A DNA stretch of 64,000 nt from a virus (Duplodnaviria > Caudoviricetes). Under the pieces are notes generated by a model. It was not told the DNA's origin, searched no databases, and worked only from the letters and a program-made list of their open reading frames with translations. The stretch's first letter is position 1. Every line of letters begins with the position of its first letter. The stretch is from the IMG/VR virus record IMGVR_UViG_3300029288_005816, positions 26,755 through 90,754 of that record; one strand, 5' to 3'. Below, piece after piece: positions 54,911-63,788 of this stretch. The position numbers and the translations under genes were made by a program.

Positions 54911-55492
54911 ATGAAAACAGAAGAGGAAAAAAGAGAATATCGGAAGATATATAGAGAATCTCACAAAGAAAAAATAAAAGAATATTTTAAAACATACCTA
55001 AAAGAATATAGAAAGAAAAATAGAGAAAAAATTAATGAAAGTAGAAGACAATATAATAAAGAGTACTATGCAAAAAACAAAGAGAAGAAAGCAAAATACA
55101 AAAAAGACAACAAAGATATTTTTAATAAAAAAATAAGAGACAGAAAATTGTCTGACCCATTGTTTAAATTAAAGTGTGATACTAGACGCTCTATACAAAT
55201 GTCATTCAAATATAAAAACAATAAAAAATGTGGTAAAACATCTGAAATATTAGGATGTTCTTTTGAATATTTTAAACAATACTTGGAATCTAAATTTGAA
55301 TCGTGGATGACTTGGCAAAATAAAGGATTATATAATGGACAATTTAATTACGGATGGGATGTAGACCACATCATTCCAATATCATCAGCAAAATCTATAG
55401 ATGATATAATAAAATTAAATCATTATACTAATTTACAACCTTTAGATTCTCATATAAACAGAGACATAAAAAATAGTAAACTTATTTATTAA
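54911..55492 (+). CDS. HNH-like endonuclease with K/R/Y-rich N-terminus
   Basis: WDVDHIIPIS...LNHYTNLQPL...N. Confidence 0.75.
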   Translation: MKTEEEKREYRKIYRESHKEKIKEYFKTYLKEYRKKNREKINESRRQYNKEYYAKNKEKKAKYKKDNKDIFNKKIRDRKLSDPLFKLKCDTRRSIQMSFKYKNNKKCGKTSEILGCSFEYFKQYLESKFESWMTWQNKGLYNGQFNYGWDVDHIIPISSAKSIDDIIKLNHYTNLQPLDSHINRDIKNSKLIY

Positions 55493-55839
55493 AGTAATTC
55501 GTCCTCTATTACTTTTTTTAACGCACTAGCTGGCATCATTCCAATCTTTATAAAGAAATTTTTTCCTATTGGAAAAAATACCATAGTTGGTACGCTTCTA
55601 ATATTAAATACCATAGGTAATTCTAATTCATCATCAGTATCTACTTCATAAATTTTAATTTTATTTTCATATTCTTTTTGAATTTCTTCTAGTATTGGAG
55701 TTAGCATTTTGCATGGTACACACCATTTTGCAGAAAATTTTATAATTATAGGTTTTTCACCTTCAAATTTCCAATTTGGGTCATTACTGAAGTTTGTAAC
55801 TTTCTGTTCAAATTCTTCTTTTGTTAAATGTTTTATCAT
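55489..55839 (-). CDS. trxA: Thioredoxin
   Basis: WCVPC, IRSVPT; likely ATG 55839. Confidence 0.9.
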   Translation of the reverse strand: MIKHLTKEEFEQKVTNFSNDPNWKFEGEKPIIIKFSAKWCVPCKMLTPILEEIQKEYENKIKIYEVDTDDELELPMVFNIRSVPTMVFFPIGKNFFIKIGMMPASALKKVIEDELL

Positions 55840-55945
55840 AGTTGTTTTGTTTTTTATATAAATATATAAAACATAAAATTTAAAATAAACAAAAAACACC
55901 ACAAAAAGTGATGTTTTATTTAAATTATATATGTTTAATGTTATC

Positions 55946-56455
55946 TTAAATATTTTCTTTTAATATTTTTAATTCATTTTCAATTTGTATCTTTTTTAAT
56001 TCTAATAATGTTTTTTGATGAAATTTTAAAATTTCTTCTTGGATATATTCTTTAATTCCTTTTTTCCTATTAACATCTACAGCTAAATTTTCATCTAAAT
56101 TATCTAGATTTAATTCATTCCCTTGATTTTCGTAGCTATCTGCTTGCTTATTAAGTTTATTCTCTAATTCATCAAAAATTACTTTCCAATCATCTTTTGT
56201 AAAAATTTCATCCATTTCAGGTACATTTGTAATAACTGCACCATCATTTGATACAATTTTATATACTTTAACAGACCTTCCACTACCTTCTGAAAATTCA
56301 TCTGGTGATTCATAGTTCATTATTCCATATACTATATAATCTTTACCTGTTTTTTCACTATAAGCATTAACATCTGCTTCAAAAGTTTTTTCAGAAAGTA
56401 TTGACTCTTTTATAATATTACTGATTTTTTTACGAACAATTTTATCTAAATCCAT
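55946..56455 (-). CDS. Hypothetical protein
   Basis: 169 aa ORF. Confidence 0.65.
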   Translation of the reverse strand: MDLDKIVRKKISNIIKESILSEKTFEADVNAYSEKTGKDYIVYGIMNYESPDEFSEGSGRSVKVYKIVSNDGAVITNVPEMDEIFTKDDWKVIFDELENKLNKQADSYENQGNELNLDNLDENLAVDVNRKKGIKEYIQEEILKFHQKTLLELKKIQIENELKILKENI

Positions 56456-56503
56456 GATATTTATTTTCTATATAAATAGAAGAAAAAACCTAATTATTGC
56501 TTT

Positions 56504-57313
56504 TTATCTTGGAGAATTATATGCTCTTATACAAGAAGCACAATTTAATATGAATGTTTTATAAAAAACTTTATTAAAATATTTAAACCGTTCTCTGAAA
56601 CCTCCATTTATATAATCATTTATATTAGCGTAGTTCCAAACACCCATTCCACATTTGTAAATTTCACCCAATTCATCAATAAGAAAATTATAAAAATGTT
56701 CTGGATTATGACAATAACAACCCATGGAAGAGTAAACGCTATATTCAAATTCAGCCCTTCCTATGGGAACAATAGAATCTTCATTAACAACATCTTTGCA
56801 AGGCACAATATGTAGCACCCTTTTTTCTTTTAATATTTTTTGAGCTTTACCAACATATTTGTTTGTATGGTATTTGTCATTTGACAAGGCCAAGTGAATA
56901 TTTTTGAATTTAGAAATAAACTCGGCAAAAGATTTATCGTGTTTCACCCAGTCTGAATTTGTTACTAACCTAGCTCTTTCTGCTGATGGAATTAATATAG
57001 AAAGAATTTCTTTATAATCAGGATTACAAAATATTTCTCCTCCCATTAAATTTATATTAGAAATACCATTGTTTTTAATAAATAAAGCAATATTTTTTGC
57101 TGTTTCTATTGTCATCATGTCTTTTGAATCTGGAGAACATGAAAAACAACAATGAGTACATTTTTGAGTACATTTTGTTGTAATCCTTATAGTAGCATAA
57201 AGCCCCCGATATTTTTGACATTCACCTTTATTTTTACAAGTTTTACAATTACATTTTCCATTTGTTGGACATTTCTTATCTACACAAATATCGCAGGGGC
57301 TGAATTTTTTCAT
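56504..57313 (-). CDS. Radical SAM protein with Cys-rich N-terminus and SPASM-like C-terminus
   Basis: CTQKCTHC (CxxxCxxC), MGGEIF, C-terminal C...GEIYKC...CASC. Confidence 0.88.
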   Translation of the reverse strand: MKKFSPCDICVDKKCPTNGKCNCKTCKNKGECQKYRGLYATIRITTKCTQKCTHCCFSCSPDSKDMMTIETAKNIALFIKNNGISNINLMGGEIFCNPDYKEILSILIPSAERARLVTNSDWVKHDKSFAEFISKFKNIHLALSNDKYHTNKYVGKAQKILKEKRVLHIVPCKDVVNEDSIVPIGRAEFEYSVYSSMGCYCHNPEHFYNFLIDELGEIYKCGMGVWNYANINDYINGGFRERFKYFNKVFYKTFILNCASCIRAYNSPR

Positions 57314-57525
57314 TTTATTATTTTTCGTTTAAAAAAAACCCCCGTGTATCTCGTATACGGGGGACTTTCGTTTTGTCGTGGCCAAATAACGCTGCGCATT
57401 TTCTTTCATCCACTAAAAATTAATTCCCATCTATGACGCACGTATAAAATTAATTCTAAACTTATCTGAATGGTGATTCGAGAAACCCACGGAATAATCT
57501 TATAACGGAACTAAATTTGTAATTA

Positions 57526-57553
57526 TATACGTAAAACTTTTAAAAAAGTTACA
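57526..57553 (-). promoter_or_regulatory. WAAC-N16-CGTA promoter motif copy
   Basis: TGTAAC-16nt-CGTATA. Confidence 0.7.
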
Positions 57554-57554
57554 T

Positions 57555-58292
57555 TTATTCTAAAACAGCAAGAACCTCTTTTAGTGATTTTTTTAATTCT
57601 TCCTTATAATCCTTAGATTGTATTGACATATCATTCATTAAAGTCTTCATGGTTGCTTCAATATTCTTCATTTTCAATTCTTCTGACTTAGAAAAGTCTT
57701 TAACACTATCAAAAATAAATAATGGTTTTAATAATGCGTCAATTTCTGGAATAATATAATCTGGGTTTCTTGGAATTGGATTTGTTGTAATCCAAGACCC
57801 ATCTCCGTTATGTAATGTAATTGTTACAGTCTCTGAAAGTTTATCATCACAAGCCCCATAGTCTAGACCGTCAACAGAAATACATATTTCTTCTCTTTTC
57901 CCTTGATAAATTGTTTTTCTTTTTAATGTAAAAAATATAGCATTTGTAAAAAAACCAGAAGAACTAGGTTCAAAACCAAATTTTCTCATATAATCAATAA
58001 CAACCATTCGTTCAAAATATCCTTTCCTAAATCTAGGGTTATAAAATTCAGTATTATATTTTAATGATTTTGTATAATTACTAATATTTTCTAGTAATAT
58101 TTCAAGATTATTTGTTGGGTCAAATCCAGGAACTTTATAAACTCCAGATTTTATTTTTATAATGTGTGATAAATATTTATCAACATTATAAGTCCCTAAT
58201 TCTGATAGTGAACTAAGAATTTGAGTCTTACCTCTGTCCAAAGAACAAACTTTATAAAGTTTTTGTAATTCTTCAATTAAAATTTTTGACAT
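57555..58292 (-). CDS. Hypothetical protein
   Basis: 245 aa ORF. Confidence 0.65.
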   Translation of the reverse strand: MSKILIEELQKLYKVCSLDRGKTQILSSLSELGTYNVDKYLSHIIKIKSGVYKVPGFDPTNNLEILLENISNYTKSLKYNTEFYNPRFRKGYFERMVVIDYMRKFGFEPSSSGFFTNAIFFTLKRKTIYQGKREEICISVDGLDYGACDDKLSETVTITLHNGDGSWITTNPIPRNPDYIIPEIDALLKPLFIFDSVKDFSKSEELKMKNIEATMKTLMNDMSIQSKDYKEELKKSLKEVLAVLE

Positions 58293-58310
58293 AATAAACT
58301 TTTTCTATGT

Positions 58311-58338
58311 TATACGAGAAATTTATGTTTTTGTTTCA
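58311..58338 (-). promoter_or_regulatory. WAAC-N16-CGTA promoter motif copy
   Basis: TGAAAC-16nt-CGTATA. Confidence 0.7.
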
Positions 58339-58499
58339 AAAAATTTTTAAAAAAGTTACAAAAAATTCATCTGGATTCTCCAGATAAAAAATACTATATA
58401 TTGGCAGCATTCAGATTTTAATGCCAATAATCAAAAAAATCACCTGGATATTTCAAGCTTGGACATAGTGTCCAAGTTTTTGTCCAAGTTAAATATTTG

Positions 58500-58582
58500 T
58501 GACATCGGGGGAAGTCGAATCCCCATGAGTTTCCTCGATACCCCCTCAAAGTATTGCGTCTAACCAATTTCGCCACGATGCC
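58500..58582 (-). tRNA. tRNA-Leu(GAG)
   Basis: GGCATCG/CGATGTC, ATACT-TTGAGGG-GGTAT, long variable arm. Confidence 0.88.
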
Positions 58583-58632
58583 ATTTTTTTATTAGTATGG
58601 ACATTCTACTTGTGCATTTGCCCATGCTGTAC

Positions 58633-59715
58633 TTATTTTATTTCTTTTTCATAATTTTTTATCCACTTTCTTATTGCATTATCTGATACTCCATATTTTT
58701 CTCCAACAGCGACATAAGATGTTCCTTTTATTTCCTGAAGTAATTGTTCGTATGGGGGGCGCTCAACTCTTCTTTGCTTTATTTGAGAGCATTTTACACA
58801 CACATTACTTCTTTTTTTTGTTTCTTTTTTGCATCTTGAACAATAATATATAACTTTATTTTCTTTTATTAATAAATTTTTGTTTATCTTTTGGGTATCG
58901 CTTCCTTTATAAAATAAATTTAATTCTGTTTTAATCCCAATCTCCATCTTATGAATTTCTTCAAAAACATCATCTTTGTTTTTAGTTTTATATACATTTT
59001 CAAATATTTTAATTTTTTCTAATAATTTCTCTAAAGAAATAGAAGATTTAGCATTTTTTTTTGAATTCATTTGTTGTGGCATAAGTTCGCAATTTGCTGG
59101 ATGACTAATTATTATAGGATGTATTCCGTTTAAAAATCCATCATTTATTGAATACATATGGTCTCTGCTTACTCCATTTAAATTGTTCCCATTGTTTTTT
59201 GCTTTGTACCATCCATAATTTTCTATTAATTTAAAATTAAAATATTCTGGAAAATTTTTAATCCCAAACTTAAATTCACATAGTTGCCTATATCTTTCTA
59301 TTCCCGTTTTTTTAGAAGTACGCCACAACATTTTTCCTTGTTTTATTGCAAGTATAATTGCTTCGTAATTATTCCTAAATTTTATTTTTTCATTATCTTT
59401 ACCCCACTTTAGTGCTTGATATGGTAGTTTGTATTTTATCATTAAATCTCTTTGCGACATTCCATTTTCATAATCTTTACATATACTTTCCCACTCTAAA
59501 TACTTATACTTACATTTGCAATTATTTTCTAAGTCAACGTTTTTTGTTTCTCTATCAATAACTGCATCATCGTCCCAATATTTATAACCAAGACGATTAA
59601 GTTTTTTTGTAACTGCCCCTTGTGATTTCCCAATTAATTTTCCTATTTGTTTAAAATTTTTACCATTTTCAAACAAATTTATTGCAACTTCAATTTCTTC
59701 TTTTTTCCACACCAT
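58633..59715 (-). CDS. Putative HNH-like homing endonuclease with terminal HTH domains
   Basis: SRDHMYS...HPANCELM...NSKKN; HTH-like ends; likely ATG 59715. Confidence 0.6.
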   Translation of the reverse strand: MVWKKEEIEVAINLFENGKNFKQIGKLIGKSQGAVTKKLNRLGYKYWDDDAVIDRETKNVDLENNCKCKYKYLEWESICKDYENGMSQRDLMIKYKLPYQALKWGKDNEKIKFRNNYEAIILAIKQGKMLWRTSKKTGIERYRQLCEFKFGIKNFPEYFNFKLIENYGWYKAKNNGNNLNGVSRDHMYSINDGFLNGIHPIIISHPANCELMPQQMNSKKNAKSSISLEKLLEKIKIFENVYKTKNKDDVFEEIHKMEIGIKTELNLFYKGSDTQKINKNLLIKENKVIYYCSRCKKETKKRSNVCVKCSQIKQRRVERPPYEQLLQEIKGTSYVAVGEKYGVSDNAIRKWIKNYEKEIK

Positions 59716-59799
59716 ATTTATAATTTTATTATAAATATGTAAAAAAAAACAAATGTCCGACAAAATTTAGGCAACTTAATTTTAAAGGACTTATTTTAG

Positions 59800-59882
59800 T
59801 AGCTCAGGTCGGACTTGAACCGACATGGATTTCTCCACAACATTTTGAATGTTGCATGTACTGCCAATTTCATCACTGAGCC
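59800..59882 (-). tRNA. tRNA-Leu(CAA)
   Basis: GGCTCAG/CTGAGCT, CAACA-TTCAAAA-TGTTG. Confidence 0.9.
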
Positions 59883-59886
59883 ATTG

Positions 59887-59968
59887 TGCGGATGGGGGGA
59901 TTCGAACCCCCATGTCTCTCGACACAAGTTTCTAGGACTTGCGTGTCTACCAATTCCACCACATCCGC
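59887..59968 (-). tRNA. tRNA-Leu(TAG)
   Basis: GCGGATG/CATCCGC, CAAGT-CCTAGAA-ACTTG. Confidence 0.9.
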
Positions 59969-59974
59969 ATTTTG

Positions 59975-60060
59975 AGGTTAGAGTGGGATTTGAACCCACG
60001 CTCTTTTCAGAATAATAGTTTTGCAGACTATCCCTTTAGACCAGACTCAGGCATCTAACC
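59975..60060 (-). tRNA. tRNA-Cys(GCA) with long variable arm
   Basis: GGTTAGA/TCTAACC, U73, ATAGT-CTGCAAA-ACTAT. Confidence 0.85.
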
Positions 60061-60067
60061 AAATTTG

Positions 60068-60154
60068 TACCTCTGGCGAGAGTCGAACTCGCACGCCCCT
60101 CACGGTGCAAAGGGTTTTAAGCCCTTCATGTACTACCAGTTTCATCACAGAGGC
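60068..60154 (-). tRNA. tRNA-Leu(TAA)
   Basis: GCCTCTG/CAGAGGT, AAGGG-CTTAAAA-CCCTT. Confidence 0.9.
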
Positions 60155-60198
60155 ATATAAAAAATTAGGGGAAAAGCAAAAAGAGTGTCGGATATTTC

Positions 60199-60281
60199 TC
60201 TCCTGGAGGATTTGAACCTCTTTTCCTATTAGGGAAGATTGTTTTTGAGACAATTGCGTAAACCAGTTTCGCCACGATGAA
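60199..60281 (-). pseudogene. tRNA-Leu(CAA) pseudogene
   Basis: D, anticodon (ATTGT-CTCAAAA-ACAAT) and T arms present, acceptor stem unpaired. Confidence 0.65.
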
Positions 60282-60317
60282 ACTCTTTTAATGGCCACCT
60301 AAATTATATTTTCAAAA

Positions 60318-60369
60318 TGTTAAAGAACAAAAAAAACGGGAGCAAGTTTTTTAAGACCGCTCCCGTTTT
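60318..60369 (-). promoter_or_regulatory. tRNA-cluster leader: hairpin + U tract + boxA-like element
   Basis: AAAACGGGAGC...GCTCCCGTTTTTTTTT followed directly by GTTCTTTAACA. Confidence 0.6.
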
Positions 60370-60527
60370 AGGAATTTATGAGTTATTTTATCATTTATGC
60401 AAAAATATCCCATTCAACCTGCTTTGAGAGCAACCTGGTAGTAAGAGACATAAACACAATGACATTTTTTTCATTTTTTATTGTTATTTAATAGTAAATA
60501 GTTAAAAAAAATCTTTATTTTGTAATT

Positions 60528-60555
60528 TATACGCAAAGGTACGAAAAAAGTTACA
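60528..60555 (-). promoter_or_regulatory. WAAC-N16-CGTA motif with nested TAnnTTTG
   Basis: TGTAAC...TACCTTTG-CGTATA. Confidence 0.72.
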
Positions 60556-60575
60556 TAAAAACCAAATTTTTTTAA

Positions 60576-61181
60576 TTATTTTTTTTTATTTACAATCTCA
60601 TTTATTATTTTCTTAACAGATTTTCTTACTATTTCTTCAACATTATTATTCCTTTCAACATTTGTAATCTCTACAATTTCTGGATTATAAACAATACAAT
60701 GATATACCTTATCAACATCATTGAACTCAAAATCTTTTTTATATAATAATGTAGCATCGTAACCAAGCTTCGACATTGCTCTCATAAATTGTTGAGGTGC
60801 TCCGTTATATTGCTCTGCTCTTAATGAATGCCATGCTTCATATTCTGTATCAGAATAATCAATAGCTGCATTTATAGCCATTATTTTGTCAGTTTTTATA
60901 TTTGGGCTACGGTTATTTACATAATCTTCATTATTTATCATATCCAAAAACTTCTTCATGTCTTTTCTGTTTGCTTGCGAAGCTGTTTTTGTATTGGAAA
61001 TAACTTTTCTTGGTCTTAAATATACGGTATATGTAAGTTTGCCCCACATTGCTGCATTCTTTTTTGAATTTGTAAAATATATTCCAGGACCTTCAGCATT
61101 AATTGCTCCAATTTTCCCAGCAAACTCATCTGAAAATTTTTGTATTTTAGAATCTGAACCGTGATAAAAAACCCCTTCCAT
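60576..61181 (-). CDS. Putative ADP-ribosyltransferase-fold protein
   Basis: FYHGS...GPGIYFT...A..WG...YTVYL N-terminal ART-like motifs. Confidence 0.55.
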   Translation of the reverse strand: MEGVFYHGSDSKIQKFSDEFAGKIGAINAEGPGIYFTNSKKNAAMWGKLTYTVYLRPRKVISNTKTASQANRKDMKKFLDMINNEDYVNNRSPNIKTDKIMAINAAIDYSDTEYEAWHSLRAEQYNGAPQQFMRAMSKLGYDATLLYKKDFEFNDVDKVYHCIVYNPEIVEITNVERNNNVEEIVRKSVKKIINEIVNKKK

Positions 61182-61266
61182 ATAAATTTAATTTTAATAT
61201 AAATATTTCAAAGAAATATAAAAAACAATTTATTTAATATTTATATAAAAGTGCAAAATTAGAGTT

Positions 61267-63699
61267 ATGCTAATAAAAAACAACAAAACAAAAGGACATT
61301 ATTTTCATTATAAAGTTGAAGGTAAAAATTTTAAATATTTTATACCAGCATTAGCAACCGTTGAAATAATTGACTTAATCAATATATTTCAAATTGTATC
61401 CAACACATATGACCGCAGAATAAGACATATTGAAGATAAATTTGGCTATAATTTTGATACTGTATTCGAAATCCCTGGAGACCCAGATTTTCCTAGCTTT
61501 TCTATAGTTTCATCGACTTCAGCATTTGGAACAATTAGTCCACTTGGAATTACAAAAATAGCAAAAGGAGAAAATTTAAAATATACAATGACTCCAAATG
61601 AAGATGCCAATTTTATAATAACTGCGCACACAACAAACCCCATCTATGGAACTATTTCACCAAGTGGAAATTCAATAAGCTCTTATGTATTTCATTATTT
61701 AGACACATTTTTAATAGATGGAATTAATTTTGTTAGTGCTGTAACTGGAAATATTAGTTCCTCAACAATATATGAATTTTTTAATATATCAGCGCCGCAT
61801 ACTGTTGTTCCTAATTTTGCAACAAGCGCTTCTACCCCAAGCCAATTATTTACAATGACAGCAAGTGCTGCTACAATTACTTTAACAGCATTAACTCAAG
61901 GTAATTCTGGAGGAACAATATCTCCAAGCGGAACTTCAATTGATTCTGGTTCATATAATTATCTGTCAAGTTTTTTAATTGATTCTATAGAAAATATAAA
62001 TAATGTTTCAGGAGAAACGAGTGCAACATCTACTTATAATTTGTCTATTTCTGGAAACCACGATATAAATCCAATATTTAGCTCGATAAAAGGAAATAAA
62101 ACTTTTACTATGTCGGCGATTTCTGGATATCATCTTAATAAATTACTTATAAATTCCATAGATAGAATCGCAGATGTTTCTGGAAATGTTACAGGAATTT
62201 CAACATATAATATGGCAGAAATTACTACAGAAGCAATTATTGAAAGTCTATTTAAAATTAATAACTTTAAAATTTCTTTTAATAATATTTCAAATAGCCC
62301 AGTAACCCCAGCTTCTTCTGTTACTGGGTGGAATACATATTTTGATGCAACAAATCCTGCGATTTCAGATAAATCATTTGATAATATAGAAATTGATAAC
62401 AATTCTGTAATATTTTATGGTCCCGCTTCTTTAAAACTTAAAACAGAACTATTTTATGGAAATACAGATATTATATCTGCCATTGATAGTCCTTTCGTTA
62501 CAGAAATTGGTGCAGACGCATTTGACTCTTGCAGTTCTTTAACTGGAGTTTCTTTCCCATCAGTAGTAACGCTTAAAGAATACGCTTTCTTTTTATGCAG
62601 TTCCTTGTCTAATACATTTTTTCCAAAAACAACAACAATAGAAGCCAATACGTTTTATGGATGTGAAAATTTAACCAACATTTCATTACCAATGGCAACA
62701 ACATTTGGAAATCAAGTCTTTAAAAATTGTACATCTTTAAAAAGTATTTCATTACCAATGGCAACAACATTTGGAAATGAAATATTTAATAGTTGTACGT
62801 CTTTAAAAAATATTTCATTACCAGTAACAACAATATTTGGTACCAGTATGTTTCATTCTTGTACATCTTTAACTGGTGTATCATTTCCATTAATTACAGC
62901 ATTTACAAATAGTCAATTCTATGGATGTACTTCTTTGATAAATGTATCATCTCCTATATTAGTAGAAATAAAAGATTTTGCATTTTACGGATGTACTTCA
63001 TTGCCTGAAATGCCATCATTATCTTCAACAACAATTATAGGAGAAAATTCATTTAACAGCTGTACTTCATTAAAAAATGTAGCATCTCAATCAGTAATAA
63101 CAATTGGTGGAGCATCATTTCAGGGATGTGCATCTTTGGTTACGGCATTATTTCCAATGGTAACGGCATCAACTACAAGCCAATTTACTAATTGTATCTC
63201 TTTGTCAGCTGTATCGTTTCCACTTATAACAAGAGTTGAAGATAATATGTTTTATAATTGTGCATCTTTGACTAACATATTTTTTCCATTAGTAGAAACT
63301 ATCGGGCAAAATGCATTTTTGGGATGTACAAATTTGTCAACTATGACTATTCCAAAAACAACAACAATTGGAAATAGCGCCTTCTTTAATTGCTCATCTT
63401 TAAATAATGTATCATTGCAAAATGTTACATCAATAGATATTCAGGCATTTAATGGGTGTACATCTTTGACCAATATATCATTTCCATCAGCAACAGTAAT
63501 TGGAAATTTTGCATTTGGCGATTGTACTGCATTAACAAATATATCATTGTCATCAGTAACAACAATGGGAACTAATGTTTTTTATAATATATCAGGTAAT
63601 ATAATAACATTAACAATACCGCAAATTCTTCTTGCTAGCGGGAATTCTAGTATAATGTCATTAACTGGCAACAATACAGTTACAATAATTGCCACTTAA
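61267..63699 (+). CDS. BspA-type leucine-rich repeat (LRR_5) surface/virion protein
   Basis: C-terminal 23-aa repeats (TTIG..AF.GC.SL..ISFP); N-terminal T/S-rich beta-repeat domains. Confidence 0.88.
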   Translation: MLIKNNKTKGHYFHYKVEGKNFKYFIPALATVEIIDLINIFQIVSNTYDRRIRHIEDKFGYNFDTVFEIPGDPDFPSFSIVSSTSAFGTISPLGITKIAKGENLKYTMTPNEDANFIITAHTTNPIYGTISPSGNSISSYVFHYLDTFLIDGINFVSAVTGNISSSTIYEFFNISAPHTVVPNFATSASTPSQLFTMTASAATITLTALTQGNSGGTISPSGTSIDSGSYNYLSSFLIDSIENINNVSGETSATSTYNLSISGNHDINPIFSSIKGNKTFTMSAISGYHLNKLLINSIDRIADVSGNVTGISTYNMAEITTEAIIESLFKINNFKISFNNISNSPVTPASSVTGWNTYFDATNPAISDKSFDNIEIDNNSVIFYGPASLKLKTELFYGNTDIISAIDSPFVTEIGADAFDSCSSLTGVSFPSVVTLKEYAFFLCSSLSNTFFPKTTTIEANTFYGCENLTNISLPMATTFGNQVFKNCTSLKSISLPMATTFGNEIFNSCTSLKNISLPVTTIFGTSMFHSCTSLTGVSFPLITAFTNSQFYGCTSLINVSSPILVEIKDFAFYGCTSLPEMPSLSSTTIIGENSFNSCTSLKNVASQSVITIGGASFQGCASLVTALFPMVTASTTSQFTNCISLSAVSFPLITRVEDNMFYNCASLTNIFFPLVETIGQNAFLGCTNLSTMTIPKTTTIGNSAFFNCSSLNNVSLQNVTSIDIQAFNGCTSLTNISFPSATVIGNFAFGDCTALTNISLSSVTTMGTNVFYNISGNIITLTIPQILLASGNSSIMSLTGNNTVTIIAT

Positions 63700-63788
63700 A
63701 TATTTCAATTGCTTTTATTTTCTTTATAAATAATTTAAATAAAGATAAAAAAACAATTTATTTAATATTTATATAAAAATGTAAAATC

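Noticed and set aside
59796-60298. ORFs overlapping the Leu/Cys tRNA cluster
   Set aside because: Chance frames across tRNA genes
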